A stretch of 64,000 nucleotides of DNA from Chlamydiota bacterium (GCA_022601335.1 JAJACV010000053.1:6293-70292), one strand, 5' to 3'; positions 17,457 to 27,425 are shown, numbered from the stretch's first letter. Notes: a model not told the origin generated them from the letters alone. Program-made: numbers and translations.

Positions 17457-18065
17457 ATGATTAAGCGAGCTTTTGTAAGAGGACTTTTAGCGCTGACTCC
17501 AGTCGCTATTACATTCGCTGTTTTAATATGGCTCTATAATCTTATTGAAAACTTTGTAGGAGGGCTTTACAAACGCTATATAGGTGAACAATACTATTTT
17601 GAAGGGCTTGGAGTTCTAATTGTTTTTGCTCTCATCTTCTTGGTGGGCATTATTATAAATAATTGGTTAATGCGGAAAATTTACTCGGGATTTGAAAAGC
17701 TTCTCGATAAACTTCCTTTTGTTAAAACCCTGTATCGCTCTGTTGTCGACTTAATGAGTTTATTTAAAGGCAATTCTCAAATGAAAGAGAGCCGGGTTGT
17801 AATGGTTCTTTATCAAAACAGTAAAGTTTTAGGGCTCGTTTCTCGAGATAGTTTTGAAGACTTACCTAAAGGAGTGGGACAAGAAGGGGAAGTTGCTGTA
17901 TATATTCCAATGAGTTACCAAATCGGAGGCTTTACAGTAATTGTTCCTAAATCAATGATCCAACCCATTGATATGGGAATTGAAGAAGGTCTTCGCTTTG
18001 CTGTTACAGCGGCTATGCCTGGACAAGCAAAAGAGGGGAGCGCTGAAGATGAGCCTAAAAAGTAA
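17457..18065 (+). CDS. DUF502-family membrane protein
   Basis: 202 aa with two N-terminal TM helices, then PFVKTLYRSVVDL and a PMSYQIGGFTVIVP-type C-terminal domain. Confidence 0.65.
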   Translation: MIKRAFVRGLLALTPVAITFAVLIWLYNLIENFVGGLYKRYIGEQYYFEGLGVLIVFALIFLVGIIINNWLMRKIYSGFEKLLDKLPFVKTLYRSVVDLMSLFKGNSQMKESRVVMVLYQNSKVLGLVSRDSFEDLPKGVGQEGEVAVYIPMSYQIGGFTVIVPKSMIQPIDMGIEEGLRFAVTAAMPGQAKEGSAEDEPKK

Positions 18066-18582
18066 CAGCTACTTTTTAATCGTAGCTCTTCTCTTTTTGC
18101 ACACCTCTCTTCAATCTCAAAATCGCGCTCTTAGCGACTATATTGTCACCTTTAATGATCATATTACTCAACAGCAACAACTCTCCTATACAGGCTTTTA
18201 TGAAAGAGGCTCGGCAGGTATTCATGAAATTAGCTTGTATTATTCTTCTACAAAACTTCTTTCTCTAGATCAAGCTCGCACGCTAGTTGTTGAGTTTATA
18301 AATGAGTTTCTTTCGGGGTTAAACCAAAGCGCAAGACTAAAGTCTCAGTTGCAGCCCTATCCTTTTACTGAAAAAGGGTTAGATATAGTTATTTTTTTTA
18401 GGAATGATAGGGGAGGGTATGCCCCATCCCCTTATATAGGACAAGTTTCAATACAAAAAGGAATCGTTACTTATTCAAAATTTATAAGAGGTCAGTTTGA
18501 AGTAATCAAGCAAGAAAATTTTTCCTTTTCTGAAAAAGCAATTGCTAAATTAGAGGCTTGCTATCAATGGAACATGAATTAA
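18049..18582 (+). CDS. Secreted hypothetical protein
   Basis: The ATG at 18049 gives MSLKSNSYFLIVALLFLHTSLQSQ (signal peptide). The track ORF start at 17968 lies inside the previous gene. Confidence 0.6.
   Translation: MSLKSNSYFLIVALLFLHTSLQSQNRALSDYIVTFNDHITQQQQLSYTGFYERGSAGIHEISLYYSSTKLLSLDQARTLVVEFINEFLSGLNQSARLKSQLQPYPFTEKGLDIVIFFRNDRGGYAPSPYIGQVSIQKGIVTYSKFIRGQFEVIKQENFSFSEKAIAKLEACYQWNMN
18474..18552 (+). repeat. Direct repeat copy 1 (3' end of gene 18049..18582)
   Basis: This 79-nt stretch matches 19620-19698 with 3 mismatches by eye. The motif cttcaagc follows both copies (18583 and 19699). Confidence 0.85.
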
Positions 18583-18633
18583 CTTCAAGCGTTTCTAGTT
18601 ACTTATAATCAGTATGATTAAAGATCTCATTTT

Positions 18634-19017
18634 TTATTGTCTTTCAGTAGCAGCGATAATTGAATCAATCAATCCAGAATAATTAACAGCTCCCAATACA
18701 ATAGCTCCTGCTGTAAGTGCTGCTGGTAATGCAAAAGGCCAAGAAAGTCTGTTTATGCATGTCAATGCAATAAGAGGAGTTGCCACACAAGTAACAAGAT
18801 AAACATTTAGGAAGGCATCCGCCACACTATTGAAAGTTTTCTCTAGATAGGCAACACTTCGGTCTGTCTTTTTTCCATTAAGTGATTGAATATCATGAGA
18901 GTAGCTAAAATATTTTCCTGAAATAACGGGAAAATAATTAAGGTAGTTCTTTTTGTTGCCGATCGCTGGAAAATCTCTGGCTTGACTTACAGTAGCTTCT
19001 ATATTTTGTATGCTCAT
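18634..19017 (-). CDS. Small membrane protein with Inc-like bilobed hydrophobic domain
   Basis: 127 aa. VYLVTCVATPLIALTCI, then NRLSWP, then FALPAALTAGAIVLGAV: two hydrophobic lobes separated by a short loop. Confidence 0.5.
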   Translation of the reverse strand: MSIQNIEATVSQARDFPAIGNKKNYLNYFPVISGKYFSYSHDIQSLNGKKTDRSVAYLEKTFNSVADAFLNVYLVTCVATPLIALTCINRLSWPFALPAALTAGAIVLGAVNYSGLIDSIIAATERQ

Positions 19018-19619
19018 TTTCTGGAAATCCTTTAATTGCTTATCTAGTTCTTATATTTTAAGTGTTTTTTATTAATTTAAGATAAAGACAATGTTTTTTT
19101 TTAAAAATTGATTTAAAGCAAGTTTGATTTAGATATAATGAGCATGGCTCAAGCTAGACGTTGAGTGAATAGTTTGGGTGAGTTGTGTGTAAAATTCTTG
19201 AAATAGAAGTAATTTGTGCTTTTTTGCTTAGCATATTTATGCTCGTTTATTGACTTCGGATGAGTATGAAGAATTAAAATCTTTTCTCTAACCCATTTGA
19301 GAAGCAAAGTGTGCAGCTACTCTGGTGGAATAAAATCTAAGAAAGTGTCTACTTAAAGATATCACACCAGCTGTGATCATCAACTGGTAATGTGGATGCT
19401 TGGTTCTATCCACAGTACTGTACCTACAGAACCAGCTGCAATAGTTCCTTGTAATACTCTGAGAGCTCTAGTAAACATGAATATCTCCAAATTTATTCAG
19501 TTAATAGAATAAGGGACTTAAGAAGTAAAAAGCTATTCCTTCGCCATTTTTTTTAGAATATATTCCAAAAAAATCAGAAATTAATCACCAGAAGGAGACA
19601 CGCCCATAACAGCAGTAGG

Positions 19620-19722
19620 TTCAAAATTTATAGGAGGGCAGTTTGAAGTAATCAAGCAAGAAAATTTTTCCTCTTCTGAAAAAGCAATTGCTAAATTACT
19701 TCAAGCCTATCCTTTGAATTAA
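19620..19722 (+). pseudogene. Truncated duplicate of the 3' end of gene 18049..18582
   Basis: Reads SKFIGGQFEVIKQENFSSSEKAIAKLLQAYPLN*, against SKFIRGQFEVIKQENFSFSEKAIAKLEACYQWNMN* in the intact gene. An in-frame stop lies a few codons upstream. Its stop overlaps the typA stop convergently. Confidence 0.7.
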
Positions 19723-21533
19723 CGGATTCGTTTTCTATCAGATTCCTTTAAAACTCTTTTCCTGAGCCTAATATGATTTGGAGTAACCTCAATAAGCTCA
19801 TCTTCAGCTATGTAATCAATAGCTTGTTCAAGGATGAACTTTTTAGGAGGTATTAATTGGATCATTTCATCTGTTCCTGAGGCTCTTACGTTAGTAAGCT
19901 GCTTGCCTTTGGTAATGTTAACAACTAAGTCATTCGTTCGACTGTTTTCTCCGATGATCATACCCTCATAAACATCTTCAGGAGGGTTCACAAAAAGAGT
20001 GCCTCTCTCTTGAAGATTAAAGCAAGCATAACCATTTACTTTGCCTGTCATATTTGAAATCAAAACGCCTCTAGAGCGCTGTTGAATATCTCCTTTCCAA
20101 GGTGCAAAAGAATCAAAAAGAGCTGTTAAGATTCCTTGTCCACGTGTTTTGGTTAGAAAGCTTCCTCTCCAGCCCATCAAGCCACGTGTGGGCATTAAAA
20201 ATTCAAGTCTAGTGATGCCATGTTCGTCTGTTTCCAAAGACTGCATTTCACCTTTGCGTACAGAAAGTTCTTCAATAATTGTTCCACTGTATGCATCTGG
20301 TACTTCAATGTAGATACGTTCAATAGGTTCGTGTTTTTGCCCATCAATCGTCTTGAGTAAAACTTTAGGTTTACTAATGCAAAGCTCAAAACCCTCTCTT
20401 CTCATACTTTCAATAAGAACAGCTAAGTGAAGTTCTCCTCTACCAGCTACTGTGACTTTTTCTTTATCTTCAGCATCAAAAATGATTTGAAGAGAAACAT
20501 TGCCCTTCTTTTCTTCCAGCAATCTCTCTTTAATTTTATTCATCGTTAAATGTTTTCCATCTTGACCCGCAAAGGGACAAGCGTTCACCATAAAGTCGAC
20601 AGACAAAGTAGGCTCGGCAATATCAATAGTTGGTAATTGCGTGATTTTTTTAGGAGAGCAGATGGTATCTCCAACTAATACTTCTTCAGCGCCTGCAATA
20701 CAGACAATATCTCCGCAAAGACCTTCTTCTTGCTCCAGTTTTGTGATTCCTAGATAAGTTTGAATACGAGTGACTTTCTTCTTAACTTCTTTGCCCTCTC
20801 TATTGATTAAAATAAAATCATCACCCTTTTTAATCGACCCATTTAGTATCTGTCCCGTTGCCTGTCTTCCTCTATATTTGTCATAGTGCAAAGTAGCGCA
20901 CTGCATCAAAAAGGGAGCTTCAGGATCTCCTTGAGGAGATGGAGCTTTTTCTATGATTAAATCAAAGAGAGGCTTTAAGTCTTTAGGCTCATCTGTTGAT
21001 TCTTTCATTGCGTAGCCTTTCATTGCTGAGGCATAGCAGCATGAAAAGTCCGCTTGTTCGTCTGTGGCTCCTAACTCTATGAAGAGGTCAAAAACTTCAT
21101 TAAGCACTCGATCAGGATCTGAGTGAGGGCGATCAATTTTATTAATAACAACAATAGGGTGAAGTCCAGCCTCTAGCGCTTTCTTTAATACAAATCGTGT
21201 TTGAGGCATGGGGCCTTCTCTTGCATCTACAAGTAGAAGAACCGAGTTAACCATTCCCAAAATACGCTCCACTTCTCCAGAGAAGTCTGCGTGACCCGGT
21301 GTGTCAATAATGTTAATTTTAACCCCTTCATAGACAACAGAGGTGTGCTTCGCAAAAATAGTAATTCCACGTTCTTTTTCTTGATCATTACTATCCATTA
21401 CGCGTTCTTGGACAGCTTCGTGTTCTTCAAAAGTGTGTGTATGCGCCATGATAGCGTCTAAGAGAGTCGTTTTACCATGGTCAATGTGTGCAATAATAGC
21501 AATATTTCTTATCTTAATGTCTTTGTCTTTCAT
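19719..21533 (-). CDS. typA: Translational GTPase TypA/BipA
   Basis: 604 aa. Contains AHIDHGKTTL, DTPGHADF and NKIDR, with EF-G-like domain order. Confidence 0.95.
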   Translation of the reverse strand: MKDKDIKIRNIAIIAHIDHGKTTLLDAIMAHTHTFEEHEAVQERVMDSNDQEKERGITIFAKHTSVVYEGVKINIIDTPGHADFSGEVERILGMVNSVLLLVDAREGPMPQTRFVLKKALEAGLHPIVVINKIDRPHSDPDRVLNEVFDLFIELGATDEQADFSCCYASAMKGYAMKESTDEPKDLKPLFDLIIEKAPSPQGDPEAPFLMQCATLHYDKYRGRQATGQILNGSIKKGDDFILINREGKEVKKKVTRIQTYLGITKLEQEEGLCGDIVCIAGAEEVLVGDTICSPKKITQLPTIDIAEPTLSVDFMVNACPFAGQDGKHLTMNKIKERLLEEKKGNVSLQIIFDAEDKEKVTVAGRGELHLAVLIESMRREGFELCISKPKVLLKTIDGQKHEPIERIYIEVPDAYSGTIIEELSVRKGEMQSLETDEHGITRLEFLMPTRGLMGWRGSFLTKTRGQGILTALFDSFAPWKGDIQQRSRGVLISNMTGKVNGYACFNLQERGTLFVNPPEDVYEGMIIGENSRTNDLVVNITKGKQLTNVRASGTDEMIQLIPPKKFILEQAIDYIAEDELIEVTPNHIRLRKRVLKESDRKRIR

Positions 21534-21546
21534 GAATTAGGGGGTG

Positions 21547-21945
21547 TTATAGTTTTTTTTCGGGAATAATAAACCAGCCTACTAGGTAAGCTATCGTCAT
21601 TGGGGCAAATAAGGTGGTCAGTGTAATGACAACCATAATAAGCCTTAGAACAGTGGCATCAACTTTTATCAATTTTGAAAGGCCTCCGCATATCCCGGCT
21701 AAAATGCGGTTGTTTGTTGACCTGTATAATCTTCGAAACTCGAACGCAGGAGAGTTCTTTGGCTCTAGCGGTATAAATGCCGATGCAAGCAAGTAGACCA
21801 GCACAATAGGAACAAATCCTGTTAGGGCACATACAAAAATAAATAATAGACGAACTATAACAGGATCTAACCTGCAGTAAGATCCTAAACCGCCACACAA
21901 GCCTACTATTTTTTTGTCATACCTAGAGCGGTATAGTCGTCTCAT
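21547..21945 (-). CDS. PspC-domain membrane protein (two tandem PspC domains)
   Basis: 132 aa. RRLYRS..K..G.CGGL....(D)..(V)(L)RL occurs twice, each followed by a TM helix. Confidence 0.75.
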   Translation of the reverse strand: MRRLYRSRYDKKIVGLCGGLGSYCRLDPVIVRLLFIFVCALTGFVPIVLVYLLASAFIPLEPKNSPAFEFRRLYRSTNNRILAGICGGLSKLIKVDATVLRLIMVVITLTTLFAPMTIAYLVGWFIIPEKKL

Positions 21946-22060
21946 TCGTTCAGTTTTGTTTGATTTGCTATTGATTATAAAGAAAATCGATTACTATTGA
22001 AATAGAAAAACGGCTCTCATAAAAGAAGCTTTTTTTTGAAAATGCTAGGGAAATATTTTT

Positions 22061-22258
22061 TTACTTCTTAGTAGGGTCTAAGGGAATAATGATCCAGGCT
22101 ATCAAGTACCCTATGAAAAAAGGGACTATCCCCGTAAGTAGCATTAATATAACGGTGATAATTCTGAGAAGAGATGAATCCATTTTATAGCGTTTTCCCA
22201 TGCCGCCTAGAATTCCTCCAATCATTCTGTCTTTTCGAGATCTATATAACCTTTTCAT
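22061..22258 (-). CDS. PspC-domain membrane protein
   Basis: 65 aa. KRLYRSRKDRMIGGILGGMGKRYKMDSSLLRIITV plus a TM helix. Confidence 0.75.
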   Translation of the reverse strand: MKRLYRSRKDRMIGGILGGMGKRYKMDSSLLRIITVILMLLTGIVPFFIGYLIAWIIIPLDPTKK

Positions 22259-22385
22259 TATAAACGCCTTAATTTTCGTTTAACCCTTTAAACTTCACCT
22301 TAGTGTAGTCTGAAATAAAAATAAAGCGGATCTTATTAATTAAGACTTCATTTTAACATAATTTGTTTAAAATGTTATTAATCAG

Positions 22386-23021
22386 TTACGATTTTTTTTT
22401 GTAGAATTGCTGTAAAAAATGAGCTAAAAAACTTTTTTGATATAGTTTTTTAGTCAGATATTGAACAGTAATGTCTTCGGGATCTATCATTTTAGCATAA
22501 ATACAGTAGTCTTTAGCTTTTTCTCTATCCCCTGTTTTCAAGTAATAGAACCCCATTAGAGTGCTAAAACCTAAGACTTCTGAATAGTGAAATGTCTTTC
22601 TATCCGGATAAAGGGAGCTTAAATGATTTTGTTGTTTGAAAATTTCAGGTATTTTGGACGTTTTTCCTCGTCTTAAACATTGATCTGCATAATTAATTTT
22701 AGCGAAAAGATTTTCAGGATTGTGTTCATAGTTTTTTTGGATAAGTGATTCCGCTTTTCTTATTTTTTTTAGCTGAACGTAAATATAGCCTAATAAGTTG
22801 TAAACCTCAGAAAGGTGATTAGATTTATCAAGAAGTTCTTCTACAGGTTTTTTTGCTTCTTTGGGCTTTTTTTGAGCAAGTTCATATAAGTTTAAATACT
22901 CTCTGAGGTCGCTTGGAGAAAAAACTTTTGAGAGCTGGTTTGTTAACCGATCATAAGTAATGTCATAAGGTGGAAAAGTAAGAGATTCAAATTTATGCTG
23001 TGGAATTTGTGTTGTACTCAT
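22386..23021 (-). CDS. TPR-like repeat protein
   Basis: 211 aa with helical-repeat signatures (YNLLGYIYVQLKKIRKAESL; GFYYLKTGDREKAKDY). Confidence 0.5.
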   Translation of the reverse strand: MSTTQIPQHKFESLTFPPYDITYDRLTNQLSKVFSPSDLREYLNLYELAQKKPKEAKKPVEELLDKSNHLSEVYNLLGYIYVQLKKIRKAESLIQKNYEHNPENLFAKINYADQCLRRGKTSKIPEIFKQQNHLSSLYPDRKTFHYSEVLGFSTLMGFYYLKTGDREKAKDYCIYAKMIDPEDITVQYLTKKLYQKSFLAHFLQQFYKKKS

Positions 23022-23076
23022 AGGGCTCCTTTTGGGCTATTGATAAAAGAGAGAGTCGAATAGTGCAAGAAACTTT

Positions 23077-24534
23077 TTAAATCAAAAGAGGCTCTACTTC
23101 ATGTAAAGAGTCTTGGTGTACAAGCATTAGTATTTTATCATTAGCAAAAATTTCGGTTTCACCAGAAGGTACAATATATTTTCCATCTCGTACTATAAGT
23201 ACAATTAAGATGTTCTTAGGAAAGTTAAGTTCAATAACTTCTTTCCCAACAGATTTTGAATATTCAGGAATAGAAAGCTCCAGCATTTTCATGTCGTGGT
23301 GCCTCCCATCTGAGATAGCTGTTTCATCTGTAGTAATGGAACCAGGAGGGGGAGCCGCCTCTTCTAGTTTTAACCATTTAGCAACCACGCCAATGGTTGT
23401 ACCTTGTAGAAGAATCGAGGTCAAAACAATAAAGAAAACGACATCAAAAATTAACTGAGCTCCTTGAACTTCTGCCATAAGAGGGAACGTAGCTAAAATA
23501 ATAGGGGCCGCTCCTCTTAAACCTACCCAGGAAATAAGAGTTTTTGCTTTAAAGGAGATAGCTTTTGTGGGTAAACTGATAAACACACTCAAAGGCCGAG
23601 CTACAAACATTAAAAAAGCGGCTATGGCAAGTCCTATCCAAATAATTTGAACGGTTTGAGATGGGGACATCAGAAGGCCTAGAACAATGAACATTGAAAT
23701 TTGCATGAGCCACGAAATTCCAACATGAAACTGTCTTAAGCTTTTTTTATGAAGTGAATTACTATAACTGCAAACAAGACCAGCAACATAGACGGCTAAA
23801 AATCCACTACCTCCTAAATAAGTGACCACTGAATAAACAAAGAGTACGGAAGATATTGTAAATACTGGATATAAGCCTTTGTACTCGAGTTTAAGGTGAT
23901 TAATTCCAAGAACAATAAGCCTTCCAAAGAAATATCCCAGAATAAGTCCAAAGGCCATTTGCTGCACAAACATCAAAATAAGTTTAAAAGTACTTGCATT
24001 ACTCTGTTGGATAATCTGTATGAGACCAATAGTTAGAAAGACAGCCATGGGATCGTTACTTGCAGATTCCATTTCAAGAAGGGATCCTAGAGACTTTTTT
24101 AAACCCACATTCTTTGATTTCAAAATACTAAAAACAGCTGCTGCATCTGTGGATGAAACCACGGCTCCCAAAAGAAGACTCTCTAGAACAGGAAGGCGTA
24201 AAATAAAATAGACAAAAGCTCCAGTTGCAATAGCTGTTACAAAAACACCCACAGTCGAGAGGAGAATTCCTTTTCCGAAAATAGGTCGTATGTTATCCCA
24301 AATCGTATTATATCCTCCTGAAAAAAGAATATAAACTAAGGCTAAAATTCCTAAAAATTGAGCGGCAAAGGTGCTTTGAAAGTCAATAAATCCAAGCCCT
24401 TCTTTACCAGCCAAAACACCTAGGATTAAAAAAAGAATTAGAGAGGGGATTCCTAGCTTTAAAGAGGCTTTACTACTAAAGATGCTCAGCACAAGTAAAA
24501 TTGACACTTCCAGAAATATTTTTTCAGTAATCAT
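23077..24534 (-). CDS. CPA1-family K+(Na+)/H+ antiporter with C-terminal TrkA-C-like domain
   Basis: 485 aa. About 12 TM helices, SASNDPMAV, and a soluble tail of roughly 80 aa. Confidence 0.8.
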   Translation of the reverse strand: MITEKIFLEVSILLVLSIFSSKASLKLGIPSLILFLILGVLAGKEGLGFIDFQSTFAAQFLGILALVYILFSGGYNTIWDNIRPIFGKGILLSTVGVFVTAIATGAFVYFILRLPVLESLLLGAVVSSTDAAAVFSILKSKNVGLKKSLGSLLEMESASNDPMAVFLTIGLIQIIQQSNASTFKLILMFVQQMAFGLILGYFFGRLIVLGINHLKLEYKGLYPVFTISSVLFVYSVVTYLGGSGFLAVYVAGLVCSYSNSLHKKSLRQFHVGISWLMQISMFIVLGLLMSPSQTVQIIWIGLAIAAFLMFVARPLSVFISLPTKAISFKAKTLISWVGLRGAAPIILATFPLMAEVQGAQLIFDVVFFIVLTSILLQGTTIGVVAKWLKLEEAAPPPGSITTDETAISDGRHHDMKMLELSIPEYSKSVGKEVIELNFPKNILIVLIVRDGKYIVPSGETEIFANDKILMLVHQDSLHEVEPLLI

Positions 24535-24708
24535 CCAGTATATAGAGGAGTTGAGAATGTAAAAGTTTTCTTCTCGCTTATTAGAAAATATAAGTAAATT
24601 ATTTTTTTGACTCTACTGCTTTGAAATAGGAGATTCTTTTAATATATTTAGTGAATTTTTAGATATTAAAGATAAAGGTTGGTACAATATCTGAAAATTA
24701 ATTATTTA

Positions 24709-26094
24709 ATGAGACTTATGAAAAAAGAATATGATGCTGTTATTATTGGTGGGGGTGGTGGACTTAAAATAGCTCGACCCGCTGCAAACTTAGGTTACCG
24801 TATCGCTGTTGTTGAGCCGGGTCCTTTAGGAGGAACTTGTTTAAACCGAGGTTGTATTCCGTCTAAAATGCTTATCCATCCAGCAGATGTCGTTCAACAA
24901 TTAAATGAGGCTTCTTCTTTTGAAGTATTGGGTGCAGCTCAGGTAGATTTTAAAAAATTGATAAAACGAGTTAATACTACAGTAGATGCTGAATCTCAAA
25001 GTATTGTTCCCTTACTAGAGAATCATCCTAATGTTGATTTTTATCCTTATTCAGCTAGATTTCTAGATAACAAGTCTGTTGAAGTTAATGGTGAAATTCT
25101 TTTTGGAAAAAAGTTTTTTATTGCTGCGGGAGCTCGTCCAGCTATTCCTCAAATACCCGGCCTTCAAGATACACCCTTTATGACCTCAACTGAGTTACTC
25201 AGAAGAGAAAATCTTCCCAAAAAAGTGATTATTTTAGGCGGGGGATACATTGCGTGTGAGCTGGGACATTATTTGGGAGCCATGGGGGTAGAGGTTTGTT
25301 TTATAGTCAGGAGCAAACTTTTAAGCCAGTTAGATGAGACCATTCAGAAAACCTTTGCTCAAGCTTTTTCTAACCGATTTAAAGTGATTCAGGGACTCCC
25401 TGATCAGGTCACTTATCAAAACGATGAGTTCAGAGTTTTTGTGAATGATAAAGAACTTATAAGTGACGCCCTGCTTGTCTCTACAGGGGTCGTCCCAAAT
25501 AGCGATCAGCTAAATCTAAAAGCGGCAAACATTGAAACAAATGAATCTGGTTTCATTAAAGTCGATGATCACTTGCAAACCAGTCAGAAAAGTATTTACG
25601 CTTTTGGAGATATTATCGGACGTTATTTATTTAGACATAGCGTTAATTTTGAAGGTGAATATCTTCTTTATGAACATTTTGAAAACTTAAATTCAAATAA
25701 ATCGATTGAATATCCCCCTATTCCCTACGGTGTTTTTACTTGGCCTCAAATTGCAGGTGTTGGTAAAACCGAGAATGATTTGAAAAAAGAACAAGTTAGT
25801 TATTTAGTTGGAGTCAATGAATATAAGGATAGTGCCATGGGAATGGCACTGCAAACAGATGTAGGGCTTGTAAAACTTTTGTTTGATAAAAAAACATTAA
25901 AGTTGCTAGGAGCGCATTGTATTGGGGAACAGGCAACGACTTTGATTCATATGTTGATTGCTTATTTGAATTGCGACGCAACTCTTAATCAGATTTTGAG
26001 GACGGTTTATATTCATCCAGCACTTCCTGAAGTTATTAGAAATGCAGCTCGAAAAGTAAGAGCTCAGTTGAACGAAGCTAAGAATTCATGTTAA
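24709..26094 (+). CDS. Class I pyridine nucleotide-disulfide oxidoreductase (dihydrolipoamide dehydrogenase / glutathione-reductase-like)
   Basis: Contains YDAVIIGGGGG, the redox-active GGTCLNRGCIPSK, a second GGGYIACE dinucleotide fold, and C-terminal HPALPE. The start is ATG 24709 or 24718. Confidence 0.8.
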   Translation: MRLMKKEYDAVIIGGGGGLKIARPAANLGYRIAVVEPGPLGGTCLNRGCIPSKMLIHPADVVQQLNEASSFEVLGAAQVDFKKLIKRVNTTVDAESQSIVPLLENHPNVDFYPYSARFLDNKSVEVNGEILFGKKFFIAAGARPAIPQIPGLQDTPFMTSTELLRRENLPKKVIILGGGYIACELGHYLGAMGVEVCFIVRSKLLSQLDETIQKTFAQAFSNRFKVIQGLPDQVTYQNDEFRVFVNDKELISDALLVSTGVVPNSDQLNLKAANIETNESGFIKVDDHLQTSQKSIYAFGDIIGRYLFRHSVNFEGEYLLYEHFENLNSNKSIEYPPIPYGVFTWPQIAGVGKTENDLKKEQVSYLVGVNEYKDSAMGMALQTDVGLVKLLFDKKTLKLLGAHCIGEQATTLIHMLIAYLNCDATLNQILRTVYIHPALPEVIRNAARKVRAQLNEAKNSC

Positions 26095-27416
26095 AACTAT
26101 TTAAAAGTATTGTAGCACCCTTGTTGAGCTTAGCTATTGTCATGGTTTCTGTGGGGCTTTTTTCTACCTTTGTTCCACTCAGACTTACTTTAGATGGACA
26201 TAGCTCTATTATTGCGGGAGCTGTTACATCGGCATACTTTGCAGGTCTTGTTCTCGGTTCCTTAAAAATAGAATCTTTTATTGCTCGAGTTGGGTACATT
26301 CGGACCTTTGCAGCTTTAGCGTCGATGACAGGTGCTATTGCTACTATTATGGGATTGCTTGTAAAACCTTATCTTTGGATCTTTCTTAGGTTTTCAATGG
26401 GAGTTTTTACAGCAGGTATTTATATTGTTATTGAAAGCTGGCTGCTGGTAGTTGGAGGAAATGATAGAAAAGGAGTTATATTAGCTTTCTATATGATAGC
26501 CTTTTATGCAGCTCAAGCAGGAGGGCAGTTTCTCTTAAATGTGGCACCTCCAATGTCGTTTATTCCCTTTAGCTTGGCGACTCTCTTTATTTCTCTTTCT
26601 GTTGTTCCTGTCTGTTTGACTAAGCATTCGACACCTTTTATAGAGGAGCCTTCTCTTTTAACCCCTCTTCAACTCCTTAAAATTTCAACTTTTGGCATAC
26701 TCTCAACCTTTGGGTCGGGTTTAATTATGGGAGCCTTTTTTGGCTTAGCGCCTGTTTTTGCCCATAATGTTGGGATGGTCACATCGGAGGTTGCCACCTA
26801 CATGGGAGTCACTATTATTGGAGGTTTTGTCCTTCAATGGCCTCTTGGGAAACTGTCTGATATGATTAATCGTCGATCTGTATTAATTGGTGTGAGTTTT
26901 ATTACCTCTATCTTAGCAATTTTAATTGCATTGGCATCCATTGTTTCTACTAACTTCTTATCGACGCTAACCGTCTTGTTTGGTGGATTTGCTTTTACGA
27001 TGTATCCCTTGAGTATTTCTTATACAAATGATTACTTAGACCCTAAAGATGTCGTTGCTGCGACAGGGGGACTCTTGGTCTGTTATGGAATAGGTTCTGT
27101 TGTGGGTCCTCTACTGGCGCCGCTTTGTATGAATGTATTTGGCCCCTCTGGGCTTTATGTTTACTTTTCAGTTATTTCAAGCTTAGTGGGGGGTATAGGG
27201 CTTTACAGAAAGCGTTTCAAGCCCTCTATTCCTCTTAGGGAACAAGTAGAGTACAGGCCGATCCCGCGTACTACTCCGATGGTATCAGAATTAGACCCTA
27301 GAAGTTCTGAGAAAAAAGAAAATCTAGAGGAATCGATATCGATAGATTCAAAGGAAGAATTAGCAGATTCTTTGAGTGACATTGAGGAAAGCGAAGAAGG
27401 AAGTCCTGTTAGCTGA
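26088..27416 (+). CDS. MFS transporter
   Basis: 442 aa with about 12 TM helices and an acidic C-terminal tail. Overlaps the upstream gene by 7 nt. Confidence 0.75.
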   Translation: MLKLFKSIVAPLLSLAIVMVSVGLFSTFVPLRLTLDGHSSIIAGAVTSAYFAGLVLGSLKIESFIARVGYIRTFAALASMTGAIATIMGLLVKPYLWIFLRFSMGVFTAGIYIVIESWLLVVGGNDRKGVILAFYMIAFYAAQAGGQFLLNVAPPMSFIPFSLATLFISLSVVPVCLTKHSTPFIEEPSLLTPLQLLKISTFGILSTFGSGLIMGAFFGLAPVFAHNVGMVTSEVATYMGVTIIGGFVLQWPLGKLSDMINRRSVLIGVSFITSILAILIALASIVSTNFLSTLTVLFGGFAFTMYPLSISYTNDYLDPKDVVAATGGLLVCYGIGSVVGPLLAPLCMNVFGPSGLYVYFSVISSLVGGIGLYRKRFKPSIPLREQVEYRPIPRTTPMVSELDPRSSEKKENLEESISIDSKEELADSLSDIEESEEGSPVS

Positions 27417-27425
27417 TTTTTTAGA

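Noticed and set aside
17968-18048. Upstream start for ORF 17968..18582.
   Set aside because: The extension lies inside the DUF502 gene in another frame. The ATG at 18049 gives a clean signal peptide.
19380-19478. 32-codon minus-strand ORF (MFTRALRVLQGTIAAGSVGTVLWIEPSIHITS) with a GGAGAT RBS in the ORF-poor spacer.
   Set aside because: It is too short and lacks supporting evidence. Any similarity to the C-terminal hydrophobic lobe of 18634..19017 is weak. It is mentioned under the bracketed-segment finding only.
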